A DNA stretch of 54,970 nucleotides, filler included, from an uncultured virus (IMG/VR IMGVR_UViG_2049941000_000201) (taxonomy: Duplodnaviria > Heunggongvirae > Uroviricota > Caudoviricetes). It is 8 parts of one record of this genome, joined end to end, with 100 filler letters (N's around TTAATTAATTAA, not from the genome) between each part and the next. Parts side by side here need not be neighbours in the genome. Positions count along the whole stretch, not along the records: positions 316 to 28,113 come from IMGVR_UViG_2049941000_000201; 7 more parts are not named here. One strand, 5' to 3'. The notes under the pieces were generated by a model. That model ran no database searches. It was not told the origin of the DNA and saw only the letters and a list, made by a program, of their open reading frames with translations. Both the position numbers and the translations under genes were made by a program. Positions 11,308 to 21,413 of this stretch are shown in pieces; within the stretch, counting starts at the first letter, position 1; every line of letters starts with the position of its first letter.

Positions 11308-11927
11308 ATGAGCGAGCTGATAACAGATTATTCTTCGGAACAGAGAAAGTACGTTCCCGAACAATACAAGCGGAGTACGAAGCTACTCGGCGTTATCGAC
11401 GCAACCCTTGGATTCTCGGACGAACTGGAAAAGGCGTTGCGCGAGATTTCCGACAACTTCAACATTGAAGATGCCGTCGGCCCGATGCTCGACTACTACG
11501 GCCTATATTTCGGAATCGTCCGAAAAATTGGCGAGACCGACGAACAGTTGAGAATGAGAATCCGCATAGGCAGCGGAACCGAAGACCTGCCGACACCAGA
11601 GGCCATCTATAACTATTTCAAGATTGCGTTCGGCATTTCGGACATGATTCTTTGTCCCGTATGGCCCGCGGGTCTTTATTTCGTTCTCGACCAGGGAATG
11701 CCCGAACCGGATGTAGACGAAGTAACAACCATAGCGGCGGCTTCCGGCGTTGATATTGGTCAAGGCACTTTCCTTTGTTGTGAAGAAGGGGAACCCTGGG
11801 GACTCATAGTTTTGGAGGACAACGGACAATCGCTAGTGATAGACCAGCGGTGGCCCGATACAGAGTACGCTATGGTAGACGATGAAGGATACTTGATTGT
11901 GGACGATGCGGACAACGTAGTGGTCGG
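11308..11927 (+). CDS. Baseplate wedge protein (DUF2612 / gpI-like), 3' end in gap
   Basis: Follows J. A.G.MLD.YG..GI.R and D..LR.RI motifs. Confidence 0.85.
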
Positions 11928-11937
11928 NNNNNNNNNN

Positions 11938-12280
11938 CTAGGCTCCGCAGATTCCAGCGAGCATTATCACGCAAGAAGAAACATTCCAAGAACATGGAGC
12001 GGTGCCGCAAATTGCTGGCTAGAATACACAGAAGGATTACCAATATCCGAATCAATGCGGCTCACCAGCTTACCGCTGACCTCACGAAACACACGAAGCC
12101 AAAGGCTATCGTCATCGAGGACTTGAAACCGAAGAATATGTGCAAGAACCACAAGCTGGCTTCCGCTATCCTTGATGCCAACTTCGGAAGGATGCGGCAG
12201 TTCCTGGAATACAAGTGTGCATGGCTAGGCATACTGCTGTTCTTCGCTCCGCAGTTCTATGCGAGCAGCCGTTATTGTTC
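11938..12280 (+). mobile_element. tnpB: IS200/IS605-family TnpB fragment
   Basis: LRRFQRALSRKKK.SKN, HQLT, IVIEDL..KNM.KNHKLA..I.DA.FG..R.FLEYK and F.ASSRYC (RuvC-II region and start of Zn finger). Flanked by gaps. Confidence 0.9.
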
Positions 12281-12516
12281 NNNNNNNNNNAACTTTCGGC
12301 TGGATCGTTTGCAAATCAAGCTCTGTCAAAACAGACGAAAAAAAGAAGAAAGTGCATGTCCCATGCTGGAGTAAGTGGTCTAACGATTGGTCGTTTATCG
12401 TCTTACCTGTCAAGAGCATCATATCTGTTGAAGAAACGACAGAACTAGCTCAAATTTAACAACAAAAAGATGATAAACAAATCAAATCAAATCCACACAA
12501 TCGACACAATATCAAC

Positions 12517-12537
12517 AGCCCCGACAGGGGCTTTTTT
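12517..12537 (+). terminator. Intrinsic terminator
   Basis: AGCCCC-GACA-GGGGCT followed by a T tract. Confidence 0.75.
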
Positions 12538-13027
12538 CGTCTGTTCCGCGTCAAACTATGCAAATATTCGAATTTACGCATATAGCTTAATTGCACAGAA
12601 ACGCACTTTCTAGCCATTATTTTTGCCTGCTATACACTTTATAGCCCTATAACGAAAAACAAGCCTACAGCGCACGAAAAACGAAAGCGGAATGCAAAGC
12701 GGAATATTCCGCGCTGGATCACACGCCGGAATAAAAAACGATCTAAAAGAGATTCATTTTCGTGACCCCACGAAAAAGCCCGGTCGCCAAGGGGGAGCAA
12801 GCGAACCGGGCCAAGAAGGAGAAAGTCCTGAATGGACAATTCCAATTTAATCAATTTCTCGCCAGCGGTCAACGGGTCGTGAAAAAAAAACAGAATTTTT
12901 TTTTGGGGGTGAAGCACAACGCGCGCACGCGCGTTATCACGCTCAGTAAAATGTCCTTTATAAGGATAAATATTAAAATTAGAATAATAGTACTCTCTTT
13001 ATTACTTACTGCTTACTGAAAGTAAGA

Positions 13028-13093
13028 GTCGCTACAAAATCGCTACAAAGTTGCTAGCGATTCGCTACCGATTTACTAGCGATTCGCTAGAAA
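13028..13093. repeat. Six tandem 11-bp iteron-like repeats (putative origin)
   Basis: GTCGCTACAAA ATCGCTACAAA GTTGCTAGCGA TTCGCTACCGA TTTACTAGCGA TTCGCTAGAAA, flanked by AT-rich DNA upstream of the replication operon. Confidence 0.75.
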
Positions 13094-13156
13094 AAATGGC
13101 GTTTTTGTCTAAATTTCGCAAGTTCAAAATAATTTTAAAATTTTTTCAAAAAAAGT

Positions 13157-13185
13157 TTGATTACTGCGAAAAAATTTGTTATATT
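13157..13185 (+). promoter_or_regulatory. Sigma70-type promoter with extended -10
   Basis: TTGATT-17 bp-TATATT with TG just upstream of the -10 box. Confidence 0.65.
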
Positions 13186-13212
13186 CTTTTCTGAACCTAG
13201 GAGAATTTAAAA

Positions 13213-13362
13213 ATGTCAGACTACAAACAGGCTAGCATCACGAAGCAGACCGCCGAAAAAATCGAGAAGCTTAAATCGGTATTCGAAGAGAAAGGGACAC
13301 CGATGCAGGCGCCAACGATCATCGGCATGGCCATCAACAAGATGGTCGAGGAGATGAAATGA
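13213..13362 (+). CDS. Small putative DNA-binding regulator (49 aa, not in ORF track)
   Basis: MSDYKQASITKQTAEKIEKLK...IIGMAINKMVEEMK, RHH-like pattern, RBS GGAG, abuts the next gene. Confidence 0.65.
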   Translation: MSDYKQASITKQTAEKIEKLKSVFEEKGTPMQAPTIIGMAINKMVEEMK

Positions 13363-13363
13363 A

Positions 13364-13957
13364 ATGGCTGGCATCTGGTGGACAAAGGTAGACCTCAAGG
13401 AAGATTTCTGCGAGCATTTCTGCGAAATGACAGACAAGGAAATTGTCAGCGACATAAGGAAGTCCATCAACTCGATTTTGAAGCAGAGACCGGATGGTAA
13501 CGACTTTGGAGCCAAAATGGTAAAAAAGGCAATCGAAAGGGTCAAGTCAAAGCATGACAAGGCAGTTTCAAGCGGTGCGCTTGGAGGAGCCGCGAAGGCA
13601 AGAAACAAAAAGGAAAATGAAAAAAAAACGGAAAATCCTGTAGAAAGACCTACGAAATCCGACAGTAAGGGACCTGGTGACCTTGTTTACGGAAGCTGCG
13701 AAAACGTGTTCCTTACTCAAGACGAGTTCAACAAGATAGCAATGGATGTCGGCAACCTTAAAGAGGCGAACAGTCTCGTAGAGGACTTGTCGCTGAACCT
13801 CGCAGACGGTAAAATTGAATCAAGCAACCATTTCGCCACATTGCAGAAATGGGCGAAATGGAGAAAGAACCACCCCAACGACGAAAGGCTTGAGACTTTC
13901 CACGAAAGGGACGACAGAAACCAAATCGAAACAATGAGAAGGGTTTTCTCGATGTAG
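13364..13957 (+). CDS. Putative phage replication initiator
   Basis: SG.LGG.AKA linker and YG..ENV.LT.DE C-terminal domain seen in phage initiators, near the iteron-like array. Confidence 0.6.
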   Translation: MAGIWWTKVDLKEDFCEHFCEMTDKEIVSDIRKSINSILKQRPDGNDFGAKMVKKAIERVKSKHDKAVSSGALGGAAKARNKKENEKKTENPVERPTKSDSKGPGDLVYGSCENVFLTQDEFNKIAMDVGNLKEANSLVEDLSLNLADGKIESSNHFATLQKWAKWRKNHPNDERLETFHERDDRNQIETMRRVFSM

Positions 13958-14073
13958 GAGAAAAAACAATGAAAATAGACATTAACGAAATCATGGCCGT
14001 CGTAAATACAGCGTCGAATGGCGGCGTGTCTGGACAGGTACAGCCGAAAGAAAAAGCGTTCAANNNNNNNNNN

Positions 14074-14903
14074 ACCTTTGCAATGGATGGTGTCCGAAGC
14101 CTTCGCATTGCTCGGATGTTATGCACGCAATTTGGGACTACTCTAAATTCGGAAATGCGTACATACAACTTGTCGGCAATCACGATGATAATTCTTGGTG
14201 GGAACAAAATTATGGTGCGAACAAGCCTGCGGGTGTTATAACTCCAGAAGAATGGCACGATATGGCGTACAGCAAGACGAAGGACTACGGAGTGTATATG
14301 CCATATGGTAAACGTTACGGCTCTTATGACGATGTGCCAAATAAGGTTCGATACATTTTCCTTGACACACTTGATATTGACTACACATTGCTTAATGCAG
14401 ATGGCACATTGAAATATGAAGGACAATGGAAATCGGCGATTAGACAAGAACAACTTGATTTCCTTTGTCAAGCATTGTTGACCCGTAGGGATTTCCGAAT
14501 TGTCATTCTTTCGCATCACCCTCTACATTCAAATGGAGGCGTTGTCAATAGCGACCTTGTCCGTGGAATACTTGAGGCTTACAAGAACAAGACAACATAT
14601 ACTGGAACATCTACCATTACCGACTTTGAGGCTTCCGTTTCTGTAGATTTTAGTGGAGATGGGACGATGGTGAACGCAAAACTTGTGGGATGCTTCAATG
14701 GTCACACACACGCAGATGCTATTGTTCTTGAAAACGGAATCAACTATGTCGGTACTACTTGTGCCTTTGTTCCGAGTGATTCCCAAGATAGAAGCTATAG
14801 CGATGAAACAATGAATGCCTTTGATGTTGTCGCTATAACGAGTACCACATGCTACTTGTATCGCTTCGGATATGGAAGTGACAGGTCTTTCGTTTTTGGG
14901 TAG
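14074..14903 (+). CDS. Calcineurin-like metallophosphoesterase domain, C-terminal part of a virion protein
   Basis: GNHD, SHHP and GHTH motifs. Confidence 0.85.
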
Positions 14904-15079
14904 CCCAATTGAAGGACGCGACCACTAGCCCTTAGAAATTATAACATCAAGGAGACAAATTATGTACAGAATAATGGCGAGATTTCCTGCGCCCTTTGGT
15001 CGAGGCGGCGGTGACTGCCCTTGCAGTGTACGCAGCCGGNNNNNNNNNNTATTAATAACCAATAATCGTAGGACTAATT

Positions 15080-15287
15080 ATGGGTAAACGATTTAGACAA
15101 CTTACACAGACGGCAATCGATGCGGATCTTGTCGAGGGTAATTACTTCGGGGTCGATACTCCGAAAGTAACAAAGAAAGTACCGGCGAACTTGATTGCAA
15201 AGCAAAGCGCACTCGAGACGACGAACGGCAACGTAACGTCGCTCACCACCTACTCGCAGAACGTGGCTGCGAGTATCGCCCCGCCGT
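15080..15287 (+). CDS. Tail fibre/appendage protein, N-terminal fragment
   Basis: RBS plus ATG, KRFRQL.QT..YFGVDT..TKKV anchor-like start. Confidence 0.5.
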
Positions 15288-15445
15288 NNNNNNNNNNAAA
15301 AATATTAGGTGATGTGGGGGGGGGCTGTGAACTCACAGAAGGACAGGCTAAATTCTTTGACATGAAGAGGAGGCTTGTCGATACTCTCCAGGAAGGCGCC
15401 ACGGACAACGAGAAAAAGCTTGCCGGTATCGCGAANNNNNNNNNN

Positions 15446-15857
15446 GAAAATATTAGGTGATGTGGGGGGTGGGGGCTGTGAACTCACAGAAGGACAGGAT
15501 AAATTCTTTGACATGAAGAGGAAGCTTGTCGATACGCTCCAGGAAGGCGCCACGGACAACGAGAAAAAGCTTGCCGGTATCGCGAAGCTGTTTATCAACT
15601 ATTCCGAAAACATGCAAAGGAAATTGAACGGCATGAAGCAGAAGCTTGAATCGTCTGTTAATGAGAAGGACAGAACAATAGCCAAGTCCAATGACGAAAA
15701 GTTCAAGATGTGGAACTGTCTCGTATCCTGCTACTGCGCCATAAACAGGCATTTTGGCGACAGGATACGCGAAACCGTAGAGCTCAACCTGCGCACGCAG
15801 AAGGAAGGACAGCTAAGGAAGGCAATGGCCGAAGTCGAGCGGCTGTCTAAACTTTAG
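15446..15857 (+). CDS. Hypothetical coiled-coil protein fragment (variant copy at 15298-15435)
   Basis: Open frame with a near-identical duplicate. Confidence 0.55.
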
Positions 15858-16734
15858 AAAAAAAAGATTTAGGCCGATGGGCGTATAACAGATTATCCAT
15901 TTTTACCTCGTTTTTACCGCGCCCGGAGGCCACCCAATTTAAACNNNNNNNNNNATCGGAATCGTCGAAGCCGTGCTTGTACAGGCTGTTTGCTGCCCTC
16001 GGCATNNNNNNNNNNAGCTAGCTCGTTAGCGTTTTCGTGGCACAGCTTGAGCCATTGAATCGTATTCTTTGCGACTACNNNNNNNNNNCGAAATCGTTGC
16101 CCGGAAACACCATTGCAAAAGCAAGTGACGTTCAAAATGTCGAAAAAAAATTTGATGTGGTTCCTAGCATATCGTTTAGGACTGTTGTCGATAATTTACA
16201 GGGACTGACAACGTCCGAATACAATAATTCGGACGGNNNNNNNNNNNNNNNNNNNNNNNNNNNNNNNNNNNNNNNNNNNNNNNNNNNNNNNNNNNNNNNN
16301 NNNNNNNNNNNNNNNNNNNNNNNNNNNNNNNNNNNNNNNNNNNNNNNNNNNNNNNNNNNNNNNNNNNNNNNNNNNNNNNNNNNNNNNNNNNNNNNNNNNN
16401 NNNNNNNNNNNNNNNNNNNNNNNNNNNNNNNNNNNNNNNNNNNNNNNNNNNNNNNNNNNNNNNNNNNNNNNNNNNNNNNNNNNNNNNNNNNNNNNNNNNN
16501 NNNNNNNNNNNNNNNNNNNNNNNNNNNNNNNNNNNNNNNNNNNNNNNNNNNNNNNNNNNNNNNNNNNNNNNNNNNNNNNNNNNNNNNNNNNNNNNNNNNN
16601 NNNNNNNNNNNNNNNNNNNNNNNNNNNNNNNNNNNNNNNNNNNNNNNNNNNNNNNNNNNNNNNNNNNNNNNNNNNNNNNNNNNNNNNNNNNNNNNNNNNN
16701 NNNNNNNNNNNNNNNNNNNNNNNNNNNNNNNNNT

Positions 16735-18254
16735 CCGGAGGAATAAGCAGCATCGAGTTCTGTAATAGAGACATTGATGGAAGATTAGGTGTTGCTTTCT
16801 ACGATACGAATAAACAATTTATATCGGGTGTAAGCGCCGGAGCGACTGGTACGCTGATTGCGTATAGTTGGTACTATTCAAACGTGGTCCCGCAAATTCC
16901 GGAAGGGGCTGTCTATATGCGCGTTGCAGGAAATGTACCGCTAGGACATTCCATAAAATTTACGTGCGAAGAAAAAATAGTACCTCCGCCCGGTGTAGAT
17001 TACTTGACTGCGGAAGAAATAAGCAGAAACACGTTGATGTCTGTGGAAGGCATTGTAGATAACGAGGTGGAGTATTCGGCAATAGAATCGACAAACTATG
17101 CTATAGGCACAGATGGTTCCTCGGTATCATCTGACAACAGCTCAATATCTGACTACATCAAGATTACTGGCCCTATTCGCGAAATAACCTATTGCAACCA
17201 TACGGGCGATNNNNNNNNNNAACGATGCTATAGCCTTCTCTACGAACAGCTTATATGCGTTGAAGTCTAGGGCTACGACTAATCCTCGTTTCTATTGGAT
17301 TAAAGAACTTTCTCTACCTTCCACAATTCCCGCCAGTTCCGTTAGCGGTATCCGTGCTTGGTGCTCTTATCCCAATAACGACAATACTGAATGGTGGACT
17401 GGCATTCAGGTAATTGCAGGAAACGAGTTCTATAATTTCTATCGTATATTCGATAACCAAACGGATGCTTCATCTTTTGCAACATCAATTTTTGACATGG
17501 CCAATAATCATGGGCGTTTGCTTGCATTTGTTGATTGGGATGCTATTGGAGGGGTTGGTCATAAGTTTGAACTTTCGAGAGCGATGCTTACTCCCGACTG
17601 CAACAATGTGGCTTATATGCCAACTCTGAACGAATACGAAATTGAAAAAAAAATTGAACTTGAAAACACGAATGACAAAGAGGCGATAAAGGTATATCAT
17701 CTCACCCTAGCTGCTGGTGTTCCTTCTTCAAGTACCAATCGTGCATCTAGTGGTTTTATACGCACGTACAAGAACTCTAAAATCGTTTTTCAAAACTTGC
17801 ATAACATGTATGTAGGTTTTCAGATATACTACTACGATGTGCTTGGTAGGTACATTAAGAATGACACGACACACTGGACTAACGAAACTATTGACCCGAA
17901 CAATTCGTTTGTTTTGGATTGCGTTGAAGATGGTTTCGTCCGTTTCTTGTTCCGTATAAGATATGACAATACTATTACCGATGAAATTATTGGGAAACTT
18001 GAAAATGGTATAAAAGCGATTGCAAAGGAAAAGATTTGGCAGAACGGGAAGAAAAACTCGTTTGACATTTTTACGGATGTCATTGCGGATTCGTACTATT
18101 CGCAGTTTGCAGACAAGGTGAACAATTCTGCAACGACAAAACTTTTTGCGATGCAGACCGACACGCATTACTCCTATTTTAACGGCTATTCCTCGTACAC
18201 ACAGATTAGGCAGATGCGAAAAGCTTTAAAACTCGCCCTAGTTCCTACGATTGT
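16735..18254 (+). CDS. Fragments of large tail fibre/spike-like proteins with beta-rich repeats and the start of a metallophosphoesterase domain
   Basis: FYD.NKQFISG and IPEGAVYMR modules, plus FAMQTDTHY (DxH motif I). Variant copy at 18684-18877. Confidence 0.6.
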
Positions 18255-18264
18255 NNNNNNNNNN

Positions 18265-19313
18265 CTGTTACTGATAATAGCGCAAGCGGGTGGACGTCTT
18301 CTTCGATTAAACTATTGCTTAAACGTGGTTATGCTGTTCTTTTTGTCAACGGAATACCGCAAGCGTTCCGCAATACGAAGTATTGCAACGGTGAGCAGAA
18401 CGGTGCCGCAGCGCACATGGCAGGAATTATATTCTTGAGGTCGTTCAAAAAGGCATATGATTATGTAGTATGCAAGTACAACGTCACGAGAGAAATAGTG
18501 GCTCTCGGAGAAAGCATGGGTGGACTAGCCGCTTTGAATATAGCCTTGAGCGGAATTGTCCCTGTAAGAGCCGTCGCATTGGACGCACCAATAATCGACT
18601 TGTATCGTGACGCTTATTTTTCGGGCGCATGGTCTTCCGGTACATTGGGTGCAGGTACGTTCGGCATCATTGCNNNNNNNNNNATAAACAATTTATATCG
18701 GGCGTGGACGCCGGAGCGACTGGTACGCTGATTGCGTATAGCTGGTATTATTCAAATGTAATACCTCAAATTCCGGAAGGGGCTGTCTATATGCGTATTG
18801 CCGGAAATGTCCCACTAGGGCATCCTCTTTACCTCGAAATGGTGAAAACTTCTGTAGAATCCACAAAGGCTATTCGANNNNNNNNNNATGGCGGACTTGC
18901 CGTCATACCCGGAAGACTGCGAGGCATTGTGGGAGTTGAACAAGGATAGGGTGGCGGCGTTCAACGCATATTTGACGTCCAACGCACTTGTCAAGAACTT
19001 GGACAACGAATACGTCTATGACAAAAATTCAGATAATTGCCCGGACTACTACGCCAAGGCACTAAGATGTCCGTGCAAAATTTGGTTCGGCACGGATGAC
19101 AACGTAAACAAGTTATTCATCACTAAGAACTTCGTGTCACTTCTCCGTAATGCAGGGACTCCGGTTTGGATCCGCGAGATACCAACATCGACTCATTGCG
19201 TATGGAATATGACAACTACATCCGGCGGCGTTGATACTTCTATTGTAGAGGATGGCCTCACTTGCGGAGTTTGCGGTGTTGAACTTCGCAATTGGATTGA
19301 CAGTATAGTATAA
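18265..19313 (+). CDS. Alpha/beta-hydrolase (esterase) domain fragments, C-terminus of a virion protein
   Basis: GESMGG nucleophile elbow (18265-18673); KIWFG.DD and candidate catalytic His (18888-19313). Confidence 0.75.
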
Positions 19314-19527
19314 AAAAGAGGTAAACTATGTACAGTGTATATGCAGTGCTTGATTCGAGCTACACCTTCACGGGTAACGCAAGACAGGCTTCGTTCGGTG
19401 TCGAGGCAGATGCGGCGCTGTCGAAGCCGCCCTGCTCGATGTTCGNNNNNNNNNNGGTGACTGCCCTTGCAGTGTACGCAGCCGGTGTGCAGCACTTTAA
19501 AACAAATTAACAAAGGAGAACTCCCCT

Positions 19528-20456
19528 ATGCCTTACAACAGACAAATTCCTGATTCACCCATACCGGGCTCAATGTTGCCGCGAGCCAGTGAACTCACAT
19601 TGGCTGATTTGCTGCTGCTAATTCAACCCGGTAATCCAATCGGACAAAGAAACAAAAGTTTGACTTTGGAACAACTTTCAAACTTTTTAAAAAGTGTTTT
19701 TGAGGACAAACTGGCAGTTAAAGAATTGGACATTCTTGGAAATGAAGATTCCACCGCCCAAATTCCAAAAGNNNNNNNNNNNNNNNNNNNNNNNNNNNNN
19801 NNNNNNNNNNNNNNNNNNNNNNNNNNNNNNNNNNNNNNNNNNNNNNNNNNNNNNNNNNNNNNNNNNNNNNNNNNNNNNNNNNNNNNNNNNNNNNNNNNNN
19901 NNNNNNNNNNNNNNNNNNNNNNNNNNNNNNNNNNNNNNNNNNNNNNNNNNNNNNNNNNNNNNNNNNNNNNNNNNNNNNNNNNNNNNNNNNNNNNNNNNNN
20001 NNNNNNNNNNNNNNNNACTTTCCGCATATTACTATAGGAAAGTTGCACGCCACAGGTGCAGCAACATTTGAAAAAGATGTTACAATAGACGCCGATTTGA
20101 ATGTAGCAAAAACAGTCACATTCAAAGACTTTAAACCACAAATAAGTAATTTATTAAAAATTACGGACGTATCACAAACAAATTACACTTACGAACCGAC
20201 CGAACAAGACACGCAAGAAAAAGCGCTTTCAGTTCCGGCAAAAATTATAGTAAACGCCTCCGCAATAGAACATCGGTTGCTATTTGCGGGACCGCAAATA
20301 AGTCCGGGCGGTTATGTTTCCATGAATGTTGTGTTGCCCGTTGGTTATGCGGTTACACTAATTCCAGTTGATGCCCTTCAAGATATAGTTACTGGCACAT
20401 GGAAAACACTTTTTGCCGTAATTGGCGGAATGGATAAAAATTTATACACACCATAA
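19528..20456 (+). CDS. Tail-associated structural protein (gap-interrupted)
   Basis: Strong RBS, LPRASELT.ADLLL anchor-like N-terminus, beta-rich C-terminal part. Confidence 0.5.
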
Positions 20457-20470
20457 AAGGGAGGTTTATT

Positions 20471-20842
20471 GTGGATATAACTGGAATTGACATTGCCGCA
20501 ATCGTGACCGGGTTTGGAAGCCTTGGGGGCTGCATTGCCGCCGGAGTAAAGGCAATCAAAAGCGGAAACGAGGCACGGGCTGCAAAGGCGCAAACCGAAC
20601 TAATTCAGGAGCAGCGCAAGGCGCAAACCGAGCTTCGCGACGAACAAGTGCAGGAGCTAAAAACCGGGCTTGCAGTTGTTCAAGAACAAATTAAAACGCA
20701 CGCAACCCGCCTAAATGACGGGGACGAAAAATTTGAGGCGTTTGCAAACGAACTAAAAGAACAGAACGGGCTCCTCCGTGAAATTTTGGTTGCGCTTAAA
20801 ATAAAGTTTAATTTGCCCATTGGAAAGGAGCTTGGAAAATGA
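20471..20842 (+). CDS. Membrane-anchored coiled-coil protein (holin-like)
   Basis: N-terminal hydrophobic segment followed by a coiled coil. RBS GGGAGG with a GTG start. Confidence 0.55.
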   Translation: MDITGIDIAAIVTGFGSLGGCIAAGVKAIKSGNEARAAKAQTELIQEQRKAQTELRDEQVQELKTGLAVVQEQIKTHATRLNDGDEKFEAFANELKEQNGLLREILVALKIKFNLPIGKELGK

Positions 20843-20981
20843 TTGCTTTGGTACCACATTGAACTCTTTGTGCGCAATGCAGTTTATTTGCGTTTTACAT
20901 CAAGTAACGCAATCAGCAACATACAACGAATGGGCGCCGCTAGGAAATGCTACGGTAACCTGGTCGTAAAGGAGATAAAAC

Positions 20982-21413
20982 ATGGCAAGTACATTCGGTG
21001 AATTTAGCGTTGTTCATTACTTTGATGCTGAAAAGAATGATCTTATGTTTGTCCGCTTTTGGGTAAACAGTCATGAGGTTCTCATGCCTTTGTCCGAACT
21101 TGTGTACGGGCTGAAAGACGGCAAAGACATTGAAGTCGTAATACCCGAAGATACAAGCGAAGAAAACAAGCTCGTAAACATGAACGAAGTCCTTGAGGCT
21201 ATCGGACGTTTGCAGGAAGTGACAACGCTTGCGGTTGCCAACAGAAAGGAGGTTGAAGCTACAAGGAAGAAGGCGCTTGAAGAAAGCAAGAATAATTTGA
21301 ACTTGAAGGACAACGCCGAAATTGAAGGCGTTGAACCCGGTACGGATACCGAAGAAATTAAGGTTTCCGAAACAAAGAAATTAAACAAAGTACAGGAGGC
21401 AGAAAATGTCTAG
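20982..21413 (+). CDS. Short paralog of the N-terminal domain of the DGR target protein
   Basis: GEFSVVHY.D..FVRFWV and IPEDTSEENKLVN match GDLSIVHY.D..FIRAWV and IPEGTSEQNPLVN in 21406-22887. Confidence 0.75.
   Translation: MASTFGEFSVVHYFDAEKNDLMFVRFWVNSHEVLMPLSELVYGLKDGKDIEVVIPEDTSEENKLVNMNEVLEAIGRLQEVTTLAVANRKEVEATRKKALEESKNNLNLKDNAEIEGVEPGTDTEEIKVSETKKLNKVQEAENV

Noticed and set aside
12815..12840. GGAGAAAGTCC resembling RNase P RNA
   Set aside because: Imperfect match, and the other conserved RNase P regions are absent.
15298..16078. Short direct repeats as tandem duplications or a DGR TR/VR pair
   Set aside because: Bounded by 10-N gaps, and the differences are not adenine-specific. 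They are strain-variant fragments.
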